Positions 40,940 to 49,023 of a stretch of DNA of 54,702 nt are shown one piece after another. Position 1 is the stretch's first letter. Each line of letters begins with the position of its first letter. A model generated the notes under the pieces. It did not search any database and was not told where the DNA came from. It saw nothing but the letters and a program-made list of their open reading frames with translations. The position numbers and the translations under genes were made by a program. This DNA comes from a virus (Duplodnaviria; Caudoviricetes). Location of the stretch: positions 1 to 54,702 of the IMG/VR virus record IMGVR_UViG_3300030430_001000. One strand, written 5' to 3'.

Positions 40940-41398
40940 TTACACACCACTTAATTCAAAATGAGGTCCGTCAATGAAAGGTCTTCTACCCTGACTTCTT
41001 CTCAGGTCAATATATTCATTCATTACTTCTTCCATACTTAAATTAGTATTTGCTATGTCTTCTACATGCCAAGCTGCACCCCAACGTATTTTTACGCCCT
41101 CTAGCTTTGCAGCTTCCTTCATAGCGTCTGCTATGTTGTCGTAGACACTCAGTTCCCATGAAGCCCTCCCTCCTACATACGCCATTAAGTCAACTGCTAA
41201 TCCGTCAATATGTTTTGACTTCATAGTTTGACTAGCACCTTTTTCTACTAAAGCTTTTTGCTCTTCAACTGTTCTCAATCCACATATAACTCCAAAGTCT
41301 ACTTCTGTTAATGTTATAGCTTTTTTAACAACCTTAACTAAGTTTTCGTTTACCCCTTTTAACTTTGATAGGCTCTTCTTTGATAGTTTGAACGTCAT
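40940..41398 (-). CDS. Endolysin, M15 family L-Ala-D-Glu peptidase-like
   Basis: GLRT, SKHIDGLAVD and DGPHFEL zinc-peptidase motifs. Confidence 0.88.
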   Translation of the reverse strand: MTFKLSKKSLSKLKGVNENLVKVVKKAITLTEVDFGVICGLRTVEEQKALVEKGASQTMKSKHIDGLAVDLMAYVGGRASWELSVYDNIADAMKEAAKLEGVKIRWGAAWHVEDIANTNLSMEEVMNEYIDLRRSQGRRPFIDGPHFELSGV

Positions 41399-41555
41399 CT
41401 TTTTTTACCTCTTTATTTATTTTTTCAAATCTACGTCTATCTTCTTTTTCTTTACAGGGAAGACAAACACTATTTACTTTCCTAAACTTCTTTTTTTTAT
41501 ATGTGTATACGTCAAATACTTTAACAGGTTGTTTACAAATAGAACAACTAGGCAC
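41334..41555 (-). CDS. Small zinc-finger-like protein
   Basis: CSIC...CLPC, basic; GTG start. Confidence 0.5.
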   Translation of the reverse strand: MPSCSICKQPVKVFDVYTYKKKKFRKVNSVCLPCKEKEDRRRFEKINKEVKKDDVQTIKEEPIKVKRGKRKLS

Positions 41556-41725
41556 TAACTTTGTCCTTCAGCCTGTCCTTGCTTCTTTTTGTTTTCTGTT
41601 GTTCCGTATCTCTTTGTAACTTTACCACCTTTATACATTATAGTCATTCCTGTTACACTTTGTCTATTTGGTTTAGGCACACTATATACACTTCCTCCAA
41701 GCATCATTTTTTTCTTTTGTTTCAT
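41555..41725 (-). CDS. Small basic protein with two xxGG motifs (56 aa, not in ORF track)
   Basis: MKQKKKMMLGGSVY...MYKGGKVTKRYG...; ATGA overlap with the holin stop. Confidence 0.6.
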   Translation of the reverse strand: MKQKKKMMLGGSVYSVPKPNRQSVTGMTIMYKGGKVTKRYGTTENKKKQGQAEGQS

Positions 41726-42141
41726 TTTGTTAGCCCTTTCTGCTTTTCATAAGTTCTTAAACCGCCAATCCCAAGCAATCCTCCTAACACAGGTAAAAGT
41801 GTAGACATATCAAACTCTGGAAGTTCAGGTATTTCTGCACCGAATAAAGCTGCAAAGAAGATTATGCAAGGTTGAAATATGTAATGGTAAAAAAAAACCA
41901 ACGCACACGTCCAACCAACTGCGGGTCGCCAACCGCCCTTAAATAAACTACCTGATTGTGCCTCAGCTTTATTTATTTCGAGTTGTGCCAATAAAGCTTG
42001 TTGAGCATGTTTATCAGCCATAGTGGCTAACTCATGTGCCATCTTGGCTTTTTGGTCTTTGTCTACAATTACTTTATCTAATATTTCTGTTGCTGGACCT
42101 ATTAGACTACCGAGTATACTCATGCTCCTCCACACATACAA
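41722..42141 (-). CDS. Holin, GTA 3TM family-like
   Basis: EINKAEA...GWRPAVGW...GLLGIGGLRTYEK; start probably 42123. Confidence 0.8.
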   Translation of the reverse strand: MYVWRSMSILGSLIGPATEILDKVIVDKDQKAKMAHELATMADKHAQQALLAQLEINKAEAQSGSLFKGGWRPAVGWTCALVFFYHYIFQPCIIFFAALFGAEIPELPEFDMSTLLPVLGGLLGIGGLRTYEKQKGLTK

Positions 42142-42383
42142 TCAGGATTACCACAACCTGTTGCTTTTTTATTTTCATCTGCTTTTGAAACTTTACTACC
42201 ATTTACATATAAACCAAACCAAGCAGCACCTGCACCCACAACAACAGACACAAAACCTGCTTGTGCGTTGTTGGGGTCAGATAAACTCATGAACCAATTA
42301 CAGGTTTGGTAAAACACAATCATGTACGCTAATATTAAAAGTCTGGGTATAATTCTCCAAGAGTCAAGTTTTTGTGATGTCAT
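42120..42383 (-). CDS. Small two-TM membrane protein
   Basis: LDSWRIIPRL plus two hydrophobic helices; next to the holin. Confidence 0.7.
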   Translation of the reverse strand: MTSQKLDSWRIIPRLLILAYMIVFYQTCNWFMSLSDPNNAQAGFVSVVVGAGAAWFGLYVNGSKVSKADENKKATGCGNPDCMCGGA

Positions 42384-42634
42384 TATCTAAACCTACTAGT
42401 TTTTTTGGCAACACTTTTGGGTTGCTTAACAAATTGTTTACCACTTGCCTTCCCTTTTCGTTTTGCCCTAGTTGTACGAGCATACTCACTATCACTAAGA
42501 GCAGCAATAGCCTTTGAAGGCAAGTATCGTTCTCCTGTAGCTTTTGGACCTTGTGTTGAAGGTTTGCCACTTTTAGTTCTCCATTTTTGTTTTGTCCAGT
42601 CTTTTAATGACTGTTGTGATTTTTTAAGTGCCAT
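42383..42634 (-). CDS. Small basic hypothetical protein
   Basis: SLKDWTKQKWRTKSGK...GERYLP. Confidence 0.7.
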   Translation of the reverse strand: MALKKSQQSLKDWTKQKWRTKSGKPSTQGPKATGERYLPSKAIAALSDSEYARTTRAKRKGKASGKQFVKQPKSVAKKTSRFR

Positions 42635-42977
42635 TTTTCTTTATTTTAACTAGTTTATAGCCTTTATCAGCAGCAGCTTTTTTGATTGCAGCTAGTGTCA
42701 TTTTAGTACCACCTTTAGTGGACACTCCACCAGCTTTCATCTTCATGCCACCTTTAGTAGACATACCACCAGCTTTCATTTTACCTACTCCGTCCATAGC
42801 AAATGTAGGTATCATCTTACCTGTTTTAGGGTCTCTTGACATTGGCATACCACCAGCTTTCATTTTCTTTCCACCTTTAGTAGACATACCTCCGTATCTC
42901 ATTTTCTTTCCACCTTTCGTGGACATACCCCCATACTTCATTTTCATACCACCTTTTGTTTTACTGTGTCTTGGCAT
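42624..42977 (-). CDS. Lys/Gly/Met-rich repeat protein
   Basis: Tandem MK(Y/A)GGMSTKGG repeats; AAGGAG RBS. Confidence 0.7.
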   Translation of the reverse strand: MPRHSKTKGGMKMKYGGMSTKGGKKMRYGGMSTKGGKKMKAGGMPMSRDPKTGKMIPTFAMDGVGKMKAGGMSTKGGMKMKAGGVSTKGGTKMTLAAIKKAAADKGYKLVKIKKNGT

Positions 42978-42978
42978 T

Positions 42979-43659
42979 TTAGTCTCCTTTGTTTTCTTTG
43001 TACAGATTGTTAAATGTTATCTCTGGGCTAAGATAACTGTCGTGTATCTCTGCTGAATGTAGATACTGACTTGGCTTAAAGTCAGGTGCACCCTCACCTG
43101 TTTGCCACAGAGCAGGACTCGTTGCTCTGACTCTGTTATTTGGAAGTGCAACAATGTTGCCTGTCCATTCTCCTGCGTCTGTTAACTGCAACACATGACT
43201 TTGTTTATGTTGTGCTGCGTCATCTGAAATATGACTTTCGGTATAGTCTACAGTAAATAAGTACTTAGCCTGATAAAACTCTCCGTCTATTTTACATATC
43301 CACGGACTAGAGCTGACCCTGTCTAAAACAACAACCGAGTGATGATGAGAACTACAATCCCACGGCTGTACTAAATGTGTTTCCATTCTAGCAGGAAACT
43401 GTTCGTGAGGCTCATCTGATACAAGTGCTGTAATTGGCATTCTTGCCCACATTGCACCCCCATGTATATTTTCACTGTCGTCAAAGTCACTTTCACAACC
43501 TGTAAACACAACCTGAAAACTTAAACATCTATCTGGTATTGTGTTCACTGCAATCGCTTTTGCGTGTAAAAATTCACCATGATATTTTTCATGGTTATGT
43601 GTAAACTCTTTTCGTACCCAACAATTAAAGTAGGGTACGTTACTCATTAAGTAGGGCAT
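42979..43659 (-). CDS. Conserved hypothetical phage protein
   Basis: 226 aa; GGAMWARMP, WDCSS, HKQSH, ALPNNR; function not assignable. Confidence 0.75.
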   Translation of the reverse strand: MPYLMSNVPYFNCWVRKEFTHNHEKYHGEFLHAKAIAVNTIPDRCLSFQVVFTGCESDFDDSENIHGGAMWARMPITALVSDEPHEQFPARMETHLVQPWDCSSHHHSVVVLDRVSSSPWICKIDGEFYQAKYLFTVDYTESHISDDAAQHKQSHVLQLTDAGEWTGNIVALPNNRVRATSPALWQTGEGAPDFKPSQYLHSAEIHDSYLSPEITFNNLYKENKGD

Positions 43660-43958
43660 TAAACTTTATTCCTTTCGTGCTGTTTTTTCAACTGAAGTTT
43701 AGCCTGTTTAGATAGTCTGACCACTTCAGTCTTGCCCATAACTTTAGCACGTTGTTCCATCACAGTCAATATTTGTATTTTACGAGCATAAGGTTTTTTT
43801 ATTCGTTTAACCTTCGCTATTGTAGCTTTTGCGTCCTTGACTGTAGCGAACTTAATACCAACTGTGTCTTTTGGATTTTCGTCGGTATAGAGTCTTCTGT
43901 CACTTCCCTTTGGTTTTTTACCTGTTCCTACTTTAGGGTCAGGTTTTCTTTTTTTCAT
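43659..43958 (-). CDS. Small basic hypothetical protein
   Basis: GTGKKPKGSDRRLYTDENPKDT. Confidence 0.7.
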   Translation of the reverse strand: MKKRKPDPKVGTGKKPKGSDRRLYTDENPKDTVGIKFATVKDAKATIAKVKRIKKPYARKIQILTVMEQRAKVMGKTEVVRLSKQAKLQLKKQHERNKV

Positions 43959-43960
43959 AT

Positions 43961-44218
43961 TCAGTCCATGCCCATATTAGATTTGTACTCTTCATAGTAC
44001 GCTGGGTCACTCTTACCCCCAGAGCCATCTACTCCAAAGTTACACCCTATTAGCAATACAAACGCACCGATTGAAGCGTAACTAAAATAACGTAAAAACT
44101 TTTTAAATATTATGTACGCTTCTTCAGCTTGTTTTTGTGCTACGGCTTTTACGTCTAATTTAGGGTCTTCTTTTATTTCAACTCTGACAACTGGCATATT
44201 AACTCTTATAACCTCCAC
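43961..44218 (-). CDS. Hypothetical membrane protein
   Basis: One TM segment; tight packing. Confidence 0.5.
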   Translation of the reverse strand: MEVIRVNMPVVRVEIKEDPKLDVKAVAQKQAEEAYIIFKKFLRYFSYASIGAFVLLIGCNFGVDGSGGKSDPAYYEEYKSNMGMD

Positions 44219-44486
44219 CTGCAGCTTTATATTGTTTAGCTAACATCTGTGCTTTTCTTGCTGACCACTGTCCGGGTGCTCCACCCTTATTACTTGCTTT
44301 TATTCGATTAAATAAATTTTTACGCATGGTTGGTTTGGTGTAGTTACCAGCTTTGTTTACTGAGCTACCTTTATTTAATTTAAGTGCTGTCAGTGCTTTT
44401 GCTTGACCTGCATGTGCTTTACTTGCTTTCTTTAGTTTAGTTGCAACTTTCTTTATTGTTGTTTTTGCTTTCTTTACTTTGTTCAT
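44199..44486 (-). CDS. Small basic hypothetical protein
   Basis: GNYTKP...GQWSARKAQMLAKQYKAAGGGYK. Confidence 0.7.
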   Translation of the reverse strand: MNKVKKAKTTIKKVATKLKKASKAHAGQAKALTALKLNKGSSVNKAGNYTKPTMRKNLFNRIKASNKGGAPGQWSARKAQMLAKQYKAAGGGYKS

Positions 44487-44689
44487 TATGAAACTGCCTT
44501 TACTGCCACACTGGCGATAATTGCAAAAACGATAATAAAAATTATAATATTTACTAAACCAAATGTAGTGCCGTGCATAAAATTTACAAAGCTGTCTCTT
44601 TCATAAGCTTCGTTAATGTCTGGTGTTGTAGGGTCGTCTGCAATGTAGTGTCCTTTTTTGTTACGTGCTCTCTTTTTATTTTCTGCCAT
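44486..44689 (-). CDS. Small membrane protein
   Basis: RARNKKGHYIADDPTTPDINEA plus a C-terminal TM. Confidence 0.65.
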   Translation of the reverse strand: MAENKKRARNKKGHYIADDPTTPDINEAYERDSFVNFMHGTTFGLVNIIIFIIVFAIIASVAVKAVS

Positions 44690-44700
44690 TGTTACCTCTT

Positions 44701-45054
44701 TTAGTTAGTCGTTATCTTGGGTATTTCAAATAAAGAAGCAACAACGTGTAGTCTGTTTGCCGTTGCTGCCTGTACCTTTAAAATGTCTCCCGGTATTAAT
44801 ATCAAGTCCTTTGTTAGTAATTCAACTGTTGCGTTAGCACTCACAGCTTTTGTTTTAAATAAACTAAACACAGACCCTGCACTATTTACCAGTGTCACTG
44901 TTATCGTGTCTGCATTGCCACTGTCTTCCGATACAAGGATTGACTCTATGATTGCACTACGTCTACTGGGTGCACTGTACAGAGTAGTCAGGTTGTTTGT
45001 GGTCAGGTCAACCTTTGCATTTTCATATCCTGCTGTACTAATTACGTTTGCCAT
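44701..45054 (-). CDS. Beta-rich small virion protein, similar in pattern to 24461-24835
   Basis: TTLYSAP...IIESILVS...GDILKVQAA. Confidence 0.6.
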   Translation of the reverse strand: MANVISTAGYENAKVDLTTNNLTTLYSAPSRRSAIIESILVSEDSGNADTITVTLVNSAGSVFSLFKTKAVSANATVELLTKDLILIPGDILKVQAATANRLHVVASLFEIPKITTN

Positions 45055-45540
45055 TTATTTTAGCTTTGGTCTTTTAGGTGGTGGAGAAGCCTTCGATAGT
45101 GTTCCTGAAGGTTTAGGTCTTTTAGGTGGTGGAGAAGCCTTTGTTATTGTTCCTGTCTTTTTTGTTTTTTCTTTTTGTTTCTGTTTTTCTTTCTCTTTTT
45201 CTTCTCTATAAACTTGTCTTAATAATTCTTCTATCCGTCCTTTTTGTTCACCTCGTTTTAAAGCATCTTCTATTCTTTTTTTGTTTCTGCCTTGAAGAAC
45301 TTTCTGTGTTCCTATAGTTCCAGCGGCAACACCTACACCAGCAGCAACACGTTGTCCTGCACGAAAAACTCTTTGACCTTTAGAAAAAGGTTTTATTTTA
45401 ACTTGTCCGGGTTTAGGTTTAGTTGTTATATCTCTTCCGTGTTTTTTAGCTTCATTGAAAGCTTTTTTACCAAATCGTGCTATCAACTTTGTTGCAGGTA
45501 TTCCTGCTCTTATAAGTGCTACTATTATAGGTACTGCCAT
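45055..45540 (-). CDS. Basic hypothetical protein
   Basis: AAGGAG RBS; C-terminal KASPPPKRPK repeated twice. Confidence 0.65.
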   Translation of the reverse strand: MAVPIIVALIRAGIPATKLIARFGKKAFNEAKKHGRDITTKPKPGQVKIKPFSKGQRVFRAGQRVAAGVGVAAGTIGTQKVLQGRNKKRIEDALKRGEQKGRIEELLRQVYREEKEKEKQKQKEKTKKTGTITKASPPPKRPKPSGTLSKASPPPKRPKLK

Positions 45541-45552
45541 TTATGTATCTCC

Positions 45553-45837
45553 TTACCATTTTACTCTATGAGACCAGTACTTCGCTGACAGCTTCGTTGT
45601 TGCCTCGCCGTGTCTGGCATAATAACTTTTTCTACGTGCCTTGTCCTTCGCTGTCTTTGGATTTTTACCTGCACCTCGTACACCCTGCTGTCCAAAGCGT
45701 ATAAACTTGTACTTACCACTCTCAGATGCCATCACTTTATGTGATTTTGTTGGGTGGTCAGGGTCACGTTTAGCTTTGTTTACACCTTCAAGCCCTTCAG
45801 CTTTCATTTTGTTCTTGACACGTTCAGGAATTGCCAT
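45553..45837 (-). CDS. Small basic hypothetical protein
   Basis: HPTKSH...IRFGQQG...RRKSYYARH...SAKYWS. Confidence 0.7.
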   Translation of the reverse strand: MAIPERVKNKMKAEGLEGVNKAKRDPDHPTKSHKVMASESGKYKFIRFGQQGVRGAGKNPKTAKDKARRKSYYARHGEATTKLSAKYWSHRVKW

Positions 45838-46042
45838 CTGTCCACCCTTCAGCCCTCATTGCTCTTTCTACATGCTTCAAAGAAAAAGACTTACCATAGT
45901 GTGCGTCCACTGCTTTCTTTACATAGAAGACATCACTGTGGGGAATATGTAATTTATCCAAATTATCTGTACGTAGTGCTTCATAGAAAGCTTCTAATAC
46001 ATTATCTGTACATAGTTTTACTGATTTTTTAGCCATTGTCAA
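45824..46042 (-). CDS. Hypothetical protein, first gene of the late arm
   Basis: LHIPHSDVFYV; downstream of the consensus promoter; start likely 46036. Confidence 0.65.
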   Translation of the reverse strand: MTMAKKSVKLCTDNVLEAFYEALRTDNLDKLHIPHSDVFYVKKAVDAHYGKSFSLKHVERAMRAEGWTDGNS

Positions 46043-46060
46043 GTATTTTTAAAATAAAAA

Positions 46061-46184
46061 ACACTTTAAATGTACGTATTTTAATCTTTATAAGTACACT
46101 TACAGTGTTTACACTTAAAGTGTTTTCATTTAATGTGTTTTTTTATTATTTCTAGTGTACATTTACAGTGTACACTTTAAGTGA
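46061..46184. repeat. Array of 13-bp ACACT-N3-AGTGT palindromes
   Basis: Copies at 46061, 46096, 46111, 46126 (degenerate), 46159, 46172. Confidence 0.85.
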
Positions 46185-46210
46185 GTCCTAGTTTTTTTAG
46201 GGTATACATA

Positions 46211-46239
46211 ATTATATCATTTTTTTAATCCCTTGTCAA
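46211..46239 (-). promoter_or_regulatory. Consensus sigma70 promoter for the late arm
   Basis: TTGACA (46239-46234), 17 bp spacer, TATAAT (46216-46211), extended -10 TG. Confidence 0.85.
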
Positions 46240-46772
46240 TACTTATTTTGTATATATTTAAAATAAATCAAACATTTTTATGAATAGTTGCAAATGTGTT
46301 ACAGTTAGTGTATGTGGTTAACAGTGAATTTTCCTAATCTGTGTATTTGTATGTACATATATACGCTAGGGGGTAGGGTGGCACTCGCAGAATGTTGCTT
46401 TTTTTCCTTTTTTTTTATTTTTTTTTCTTTCTTTTTTTAAAAAGTTTTTTCTTTTTATAAATGTTTTATACTTTTTTTAATTTATTATTTATTTTTATTG
46501 AGTATTTTTAAATTTATTAACTCATATATTATCAGTTACTCTTTAACGTCGATTAAAAGACTGTAATTTTTGAAGTGTAACGTTTAGCAATGACCATGCT
46601 CAATTTTTAAAAGTTAATGACACATTATATATATACAAAATTATGTGTTGTATTTTTGCAACAGTAAAAGCAGCTAAAACATTTTTTTTAAATTCAGTAC
46701 AAATTATTTAATTTTTTTTGTTGACACTTTTAATTAAAAGTTCTAATGCTTAATTATAAAAAATGAAAAGGA

Positions 46773-47036
46773 ATGTTTACAATGAATACATTAAAAGAAC
46801 TAGGTTTAACAGTAACCACATTAAAACAATTTAATAAGTTAGATAAAAACAGAAAAAATAAAATTAGATTTTTTCATAAAATTAGAAACAATAAACCAAC
46901 GATTAAAACTTATGAAATAGATACTGACTATGGTTACTGTAAAAAATATAATGTTTATCACATTAAAGATATTGAAGGTTTTTTAGGTGATAATTTAACT
47001 TTAAAACCTAATACTTTAATATGTTACTATAATTAA
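46773..47036 (+). CDS. Early hypothetical protein
   Basis: First ORF of the + arm; GAAAAGGAA RBS favours a start at 46782. Confidence 0.6.
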   Translation: MFTMNTLKELGLTVTTLKQFNKLDKNRKNKIRFFHKIRNNKPTIKTYEIDTDYGYCKKYNVYHIKDIEGFLGDNLTLKPNTLICYYN

Positions 47037-47065
47037 TTAATTTAAAATGAAAAGGAACTAATACA

Positions 47066-47476
47066 ATGAATACACAAAACACAATATCGAATGATGAATT
47101 AAAAGTATATGTATGTAATAAAAGAGAGGCAGTAATTATAGAAAATGAAATATTATTTAAAAAGAATAAGAAAAATATTAATTTTAAATTAGTTGGTAAT
47201 GAAAAGTATTTTTATGCGAATGAGTGTGCTATATTTACTAGAGAAGTTATGAAACATGGATTTTCAAAATTTGATTATCATAAAAACTTAAATCATTTAA
47301 ATGAAGATATCAAAAAATATGGAATATCTTTTCATAAATACTCAATTAATATTGGATATACTCAATATGGTACAGATTTAAAAAGATTTAAAAATAAAGA
47401 TGAATTACTAGGTTATGTTATTGGATATAATGAAGCTCTAAAAGATGAACTCACCGTATTAATGCAAGATAGATAA
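47066..47476 (+). CDS. Early hypothetical protein
   Basis: AAAGGAAC RBS; intact ORF. Confidence 0.65.
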   Translation: MNTQNTISNDELKVYVCNKREAVIIENEILFKKNKKNINFKLVGNEKYFYANECAIFTREVMKHGFSKFDYHKNLNHLNEDIKKYGISFHKYSINIGYTQYGTDLKRFKNKDELLGYVIGYNEALKDELTVLMQDR

Positions 47477-47483
47477 TTATTTT

Positions 47484-47509
47484 TTGAAGCATCTTTTTTG
47501 GTGCTTCAA
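47484..47509 (+). terminator. Intergenic hairpin (terminator or processing site)
   Basis: TTGAAGCATC-TTTTTT-GGTGCTTCAA. Confidence 0.5.
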
Positions 47510-47546
47510 TATGTAATTATTAACAAAAAAGGAAAGGAACTTAAAA

Positions 47547-48176
47547 ATGTATATAGAAGATGTAAATGAAATAAAACTTGAAGCACATAAGCGAAGTGAC
47601 TTAACAGGAATAATTGCCTTTACACTTGCCACAATTCAACAAGGATTGAGCACGTGCACACGTCAAGCAATGGACGTAAAACGTAACGGATACAATTCGA
47701 GTTCTTTGTGGGCTTTAAAGTCACAAGGTTTAAAATATGCAGTAGACAACAAAACTTTTTTATACAACAAGGCTATACATATTATAGAAAAGTATGGTTG
47801 TGAGAGTGAAGAAGCTATATTTGAAATACTAAAACTATTCTTTTTAATACCTAGTATTGGAATAGTAAAGGCAGGTTTTATTGCTCAAATGTTAGGTTTT
47901 AATATTAGTTGTTTAGATAGTCACAATTTAAAAAGATTGGGTTTAAAACAAACACATTTTAATGTAAATAAAAAAGCAAAAACAAAACTTATTGATAAAA
48001 AGATACGTGAATACATTACACTATGCCAGAAAAAAGGTAGTGAATATTGGTGGAATACGTGGTGCGAAAATGTGGCTGGAAACACGCATAATAAAAGTTT
48101 ACCAGATGCACAAGCAGTTTCAAGATATCATGTAGACACTGTTAATTTATTTTACGACGCAACGAAGGAGCTTTAA
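47547..48176 (+). CDS. HhH DNA glycosylase-like protein
   Basis: IPSIGIVKAGF helix-hairpin-helix with Lys, then CLDSHNLKR (Asp-x-His). Confidence 0.55.
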   Translation: MYIEDVNEIKLEAHKRSDLTGIIAFTLATIQQGLSTCTRQAMDVKRNGYNSSSLWALKSQGLKYAVDNKTFLYNKAIHIIEKYGCESEEAIFEILKLFFLIPSIGIVKAGFIAQMLGFNISCLDSHNLKRLGLKQTHFNVNKKAKTKLIDKKIREYITLCQKKGSEYWWNTWCENVAGNTHNKSLPDAQAVSRYHVDTVNLFYDATKEL

Positions 48177-48178
48177 AA

Positions 48179-48283
48179 ATGATATACAATATAATAATTA
48201 AAATCATGTACATACTTATGTACGCATTCACAACAATAAGTTTTATAGCTTTAATGATATTTTTACTAGCAATGGGAGGATAA
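48179..48283 (+). CDS. 34-aa hydrophobic peptide (not in ORF track)
   Basis: AAGGAG RBS; MIYNIIIKIMYILMYAFTTISFIALMIFLLAMGG. Confidence 0.5.
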   Translation: MIYNIIIKIMYILMYAFTTISFIALMIFLLAMGG

Positions 48284-48286
48284 AAA

Positions 48287-48526
48287 ATGTATGTAATATA
48301 TAATCCTTTAGATAAAGGAAAGACTGTTAATTCACAAGCATATTATGAGCAGTTAGAAGGTTTTACTATAAAAAAATACTTAGGGGAAGATGCGGAGGGA
48401 TTCCCCGAATTTATTTTAACCAAGCCTAGATATGAAGATGTTAAAATTACAGTAAGTTCTGACCCAGAAGCTACTCATGGTGGGTATTTATTTATAATAA
48501 ATGTAGGAGATAAAAAAGGAGAATGA
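48287..48526 (+). CDS. Early hypothetical protein
   Basis: GGAGG RBS; VSSDPEATHGGYLFI. Confidence 0.7.
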   Translation: MYVIYNPLDKGKTVNSQAYYEQLEGFTIKKYLGEDAEGFPEFILTKPRYEDVKITVSSDPEATHGGYLFIINVGDKKGE

Positions 48527-48529
48527 AAA

Positions 48530-48685
48530 ATGACATTAACAGAAAAACAAATTATTCATATTTTAGATAATAACTTAATTGATACTTGTAACGAAAAAGA
48601 AAAAAAACAAGTATTTAATTTTGCCTTCGGTGAAGAATTTATAAAATCAAAAGACAAAGGCACATTAAAAGAATACGTAGAATAA
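48530..48685 (+). CDS. Small early protein (51 aa, not in ORF track)
   Basis: GGAG RBS; MTLTEKQIIHILDNNL... Confidence 0.55.
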   Translation: MTLTEKQIIHILDNNLIDTCNEKEKKQVFNFAFGEEFIKSKDKGTLKEYVE

Positions 48686-48731
48686 TATTTTACAAATAGT
48701 TTTTGAAAATAAGAGAGAGGGAGAATGAAAA

Positions 48732-48893
48732 ATGGAAAACATAAAAGTTAAAGATAGTAAAAATGCAGAGCAAAATGTAAACCATGATTGTTGGGAGTAT
48801 CCAATGTACTATGAATTTTTTGTAGAAGGAGATACTCATAGATATCATGGTTACGAATGTGAAATATGCGGTAAATTATTACAAACAGGATAG
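48732..48893 (+). CDS. Small early protein with CxxC (53 aa, not in ORF track)
   Basis: GGAG RBS; ...HGYECEICGKLLQTG. Confidence 0.55.
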   Translation: MENIKVKDSKNAEQNVNHDCWEYPMYYEFFVEGDTHRYHGYECEICGKLLQTG

Positions 48894-49023
48894 GTGATAT
48901 ATATGCAACACAATTAAAAAAAAGAAATAGAACATTTAATTTTTTTGTAGACAATGTAAGTAACTATTTTGTACAGTACGTACATACACAAAACATATTT
49001 AAAAAAATGGAAAGGAATATGAT

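Noticed and set aside
42979-43659. Possible auxiliary metabolic (oxygenase) gene
   Set aside because: No Rieske or other cofactor motif is recognisable; left as hypothetical
46061-46184. Palindrome array as a mini-CRISPR
   Set aside because: Repeats are 13 bp with 0-22 bp gaps, there are no spacer-length unique sequences and no cas genes
46721-46750. Early promoter at TTGACA 46721
   Set aside because: The -35 box is perfect but there is no convincing -10 at 16-18 bp, so it is not listed as a feature
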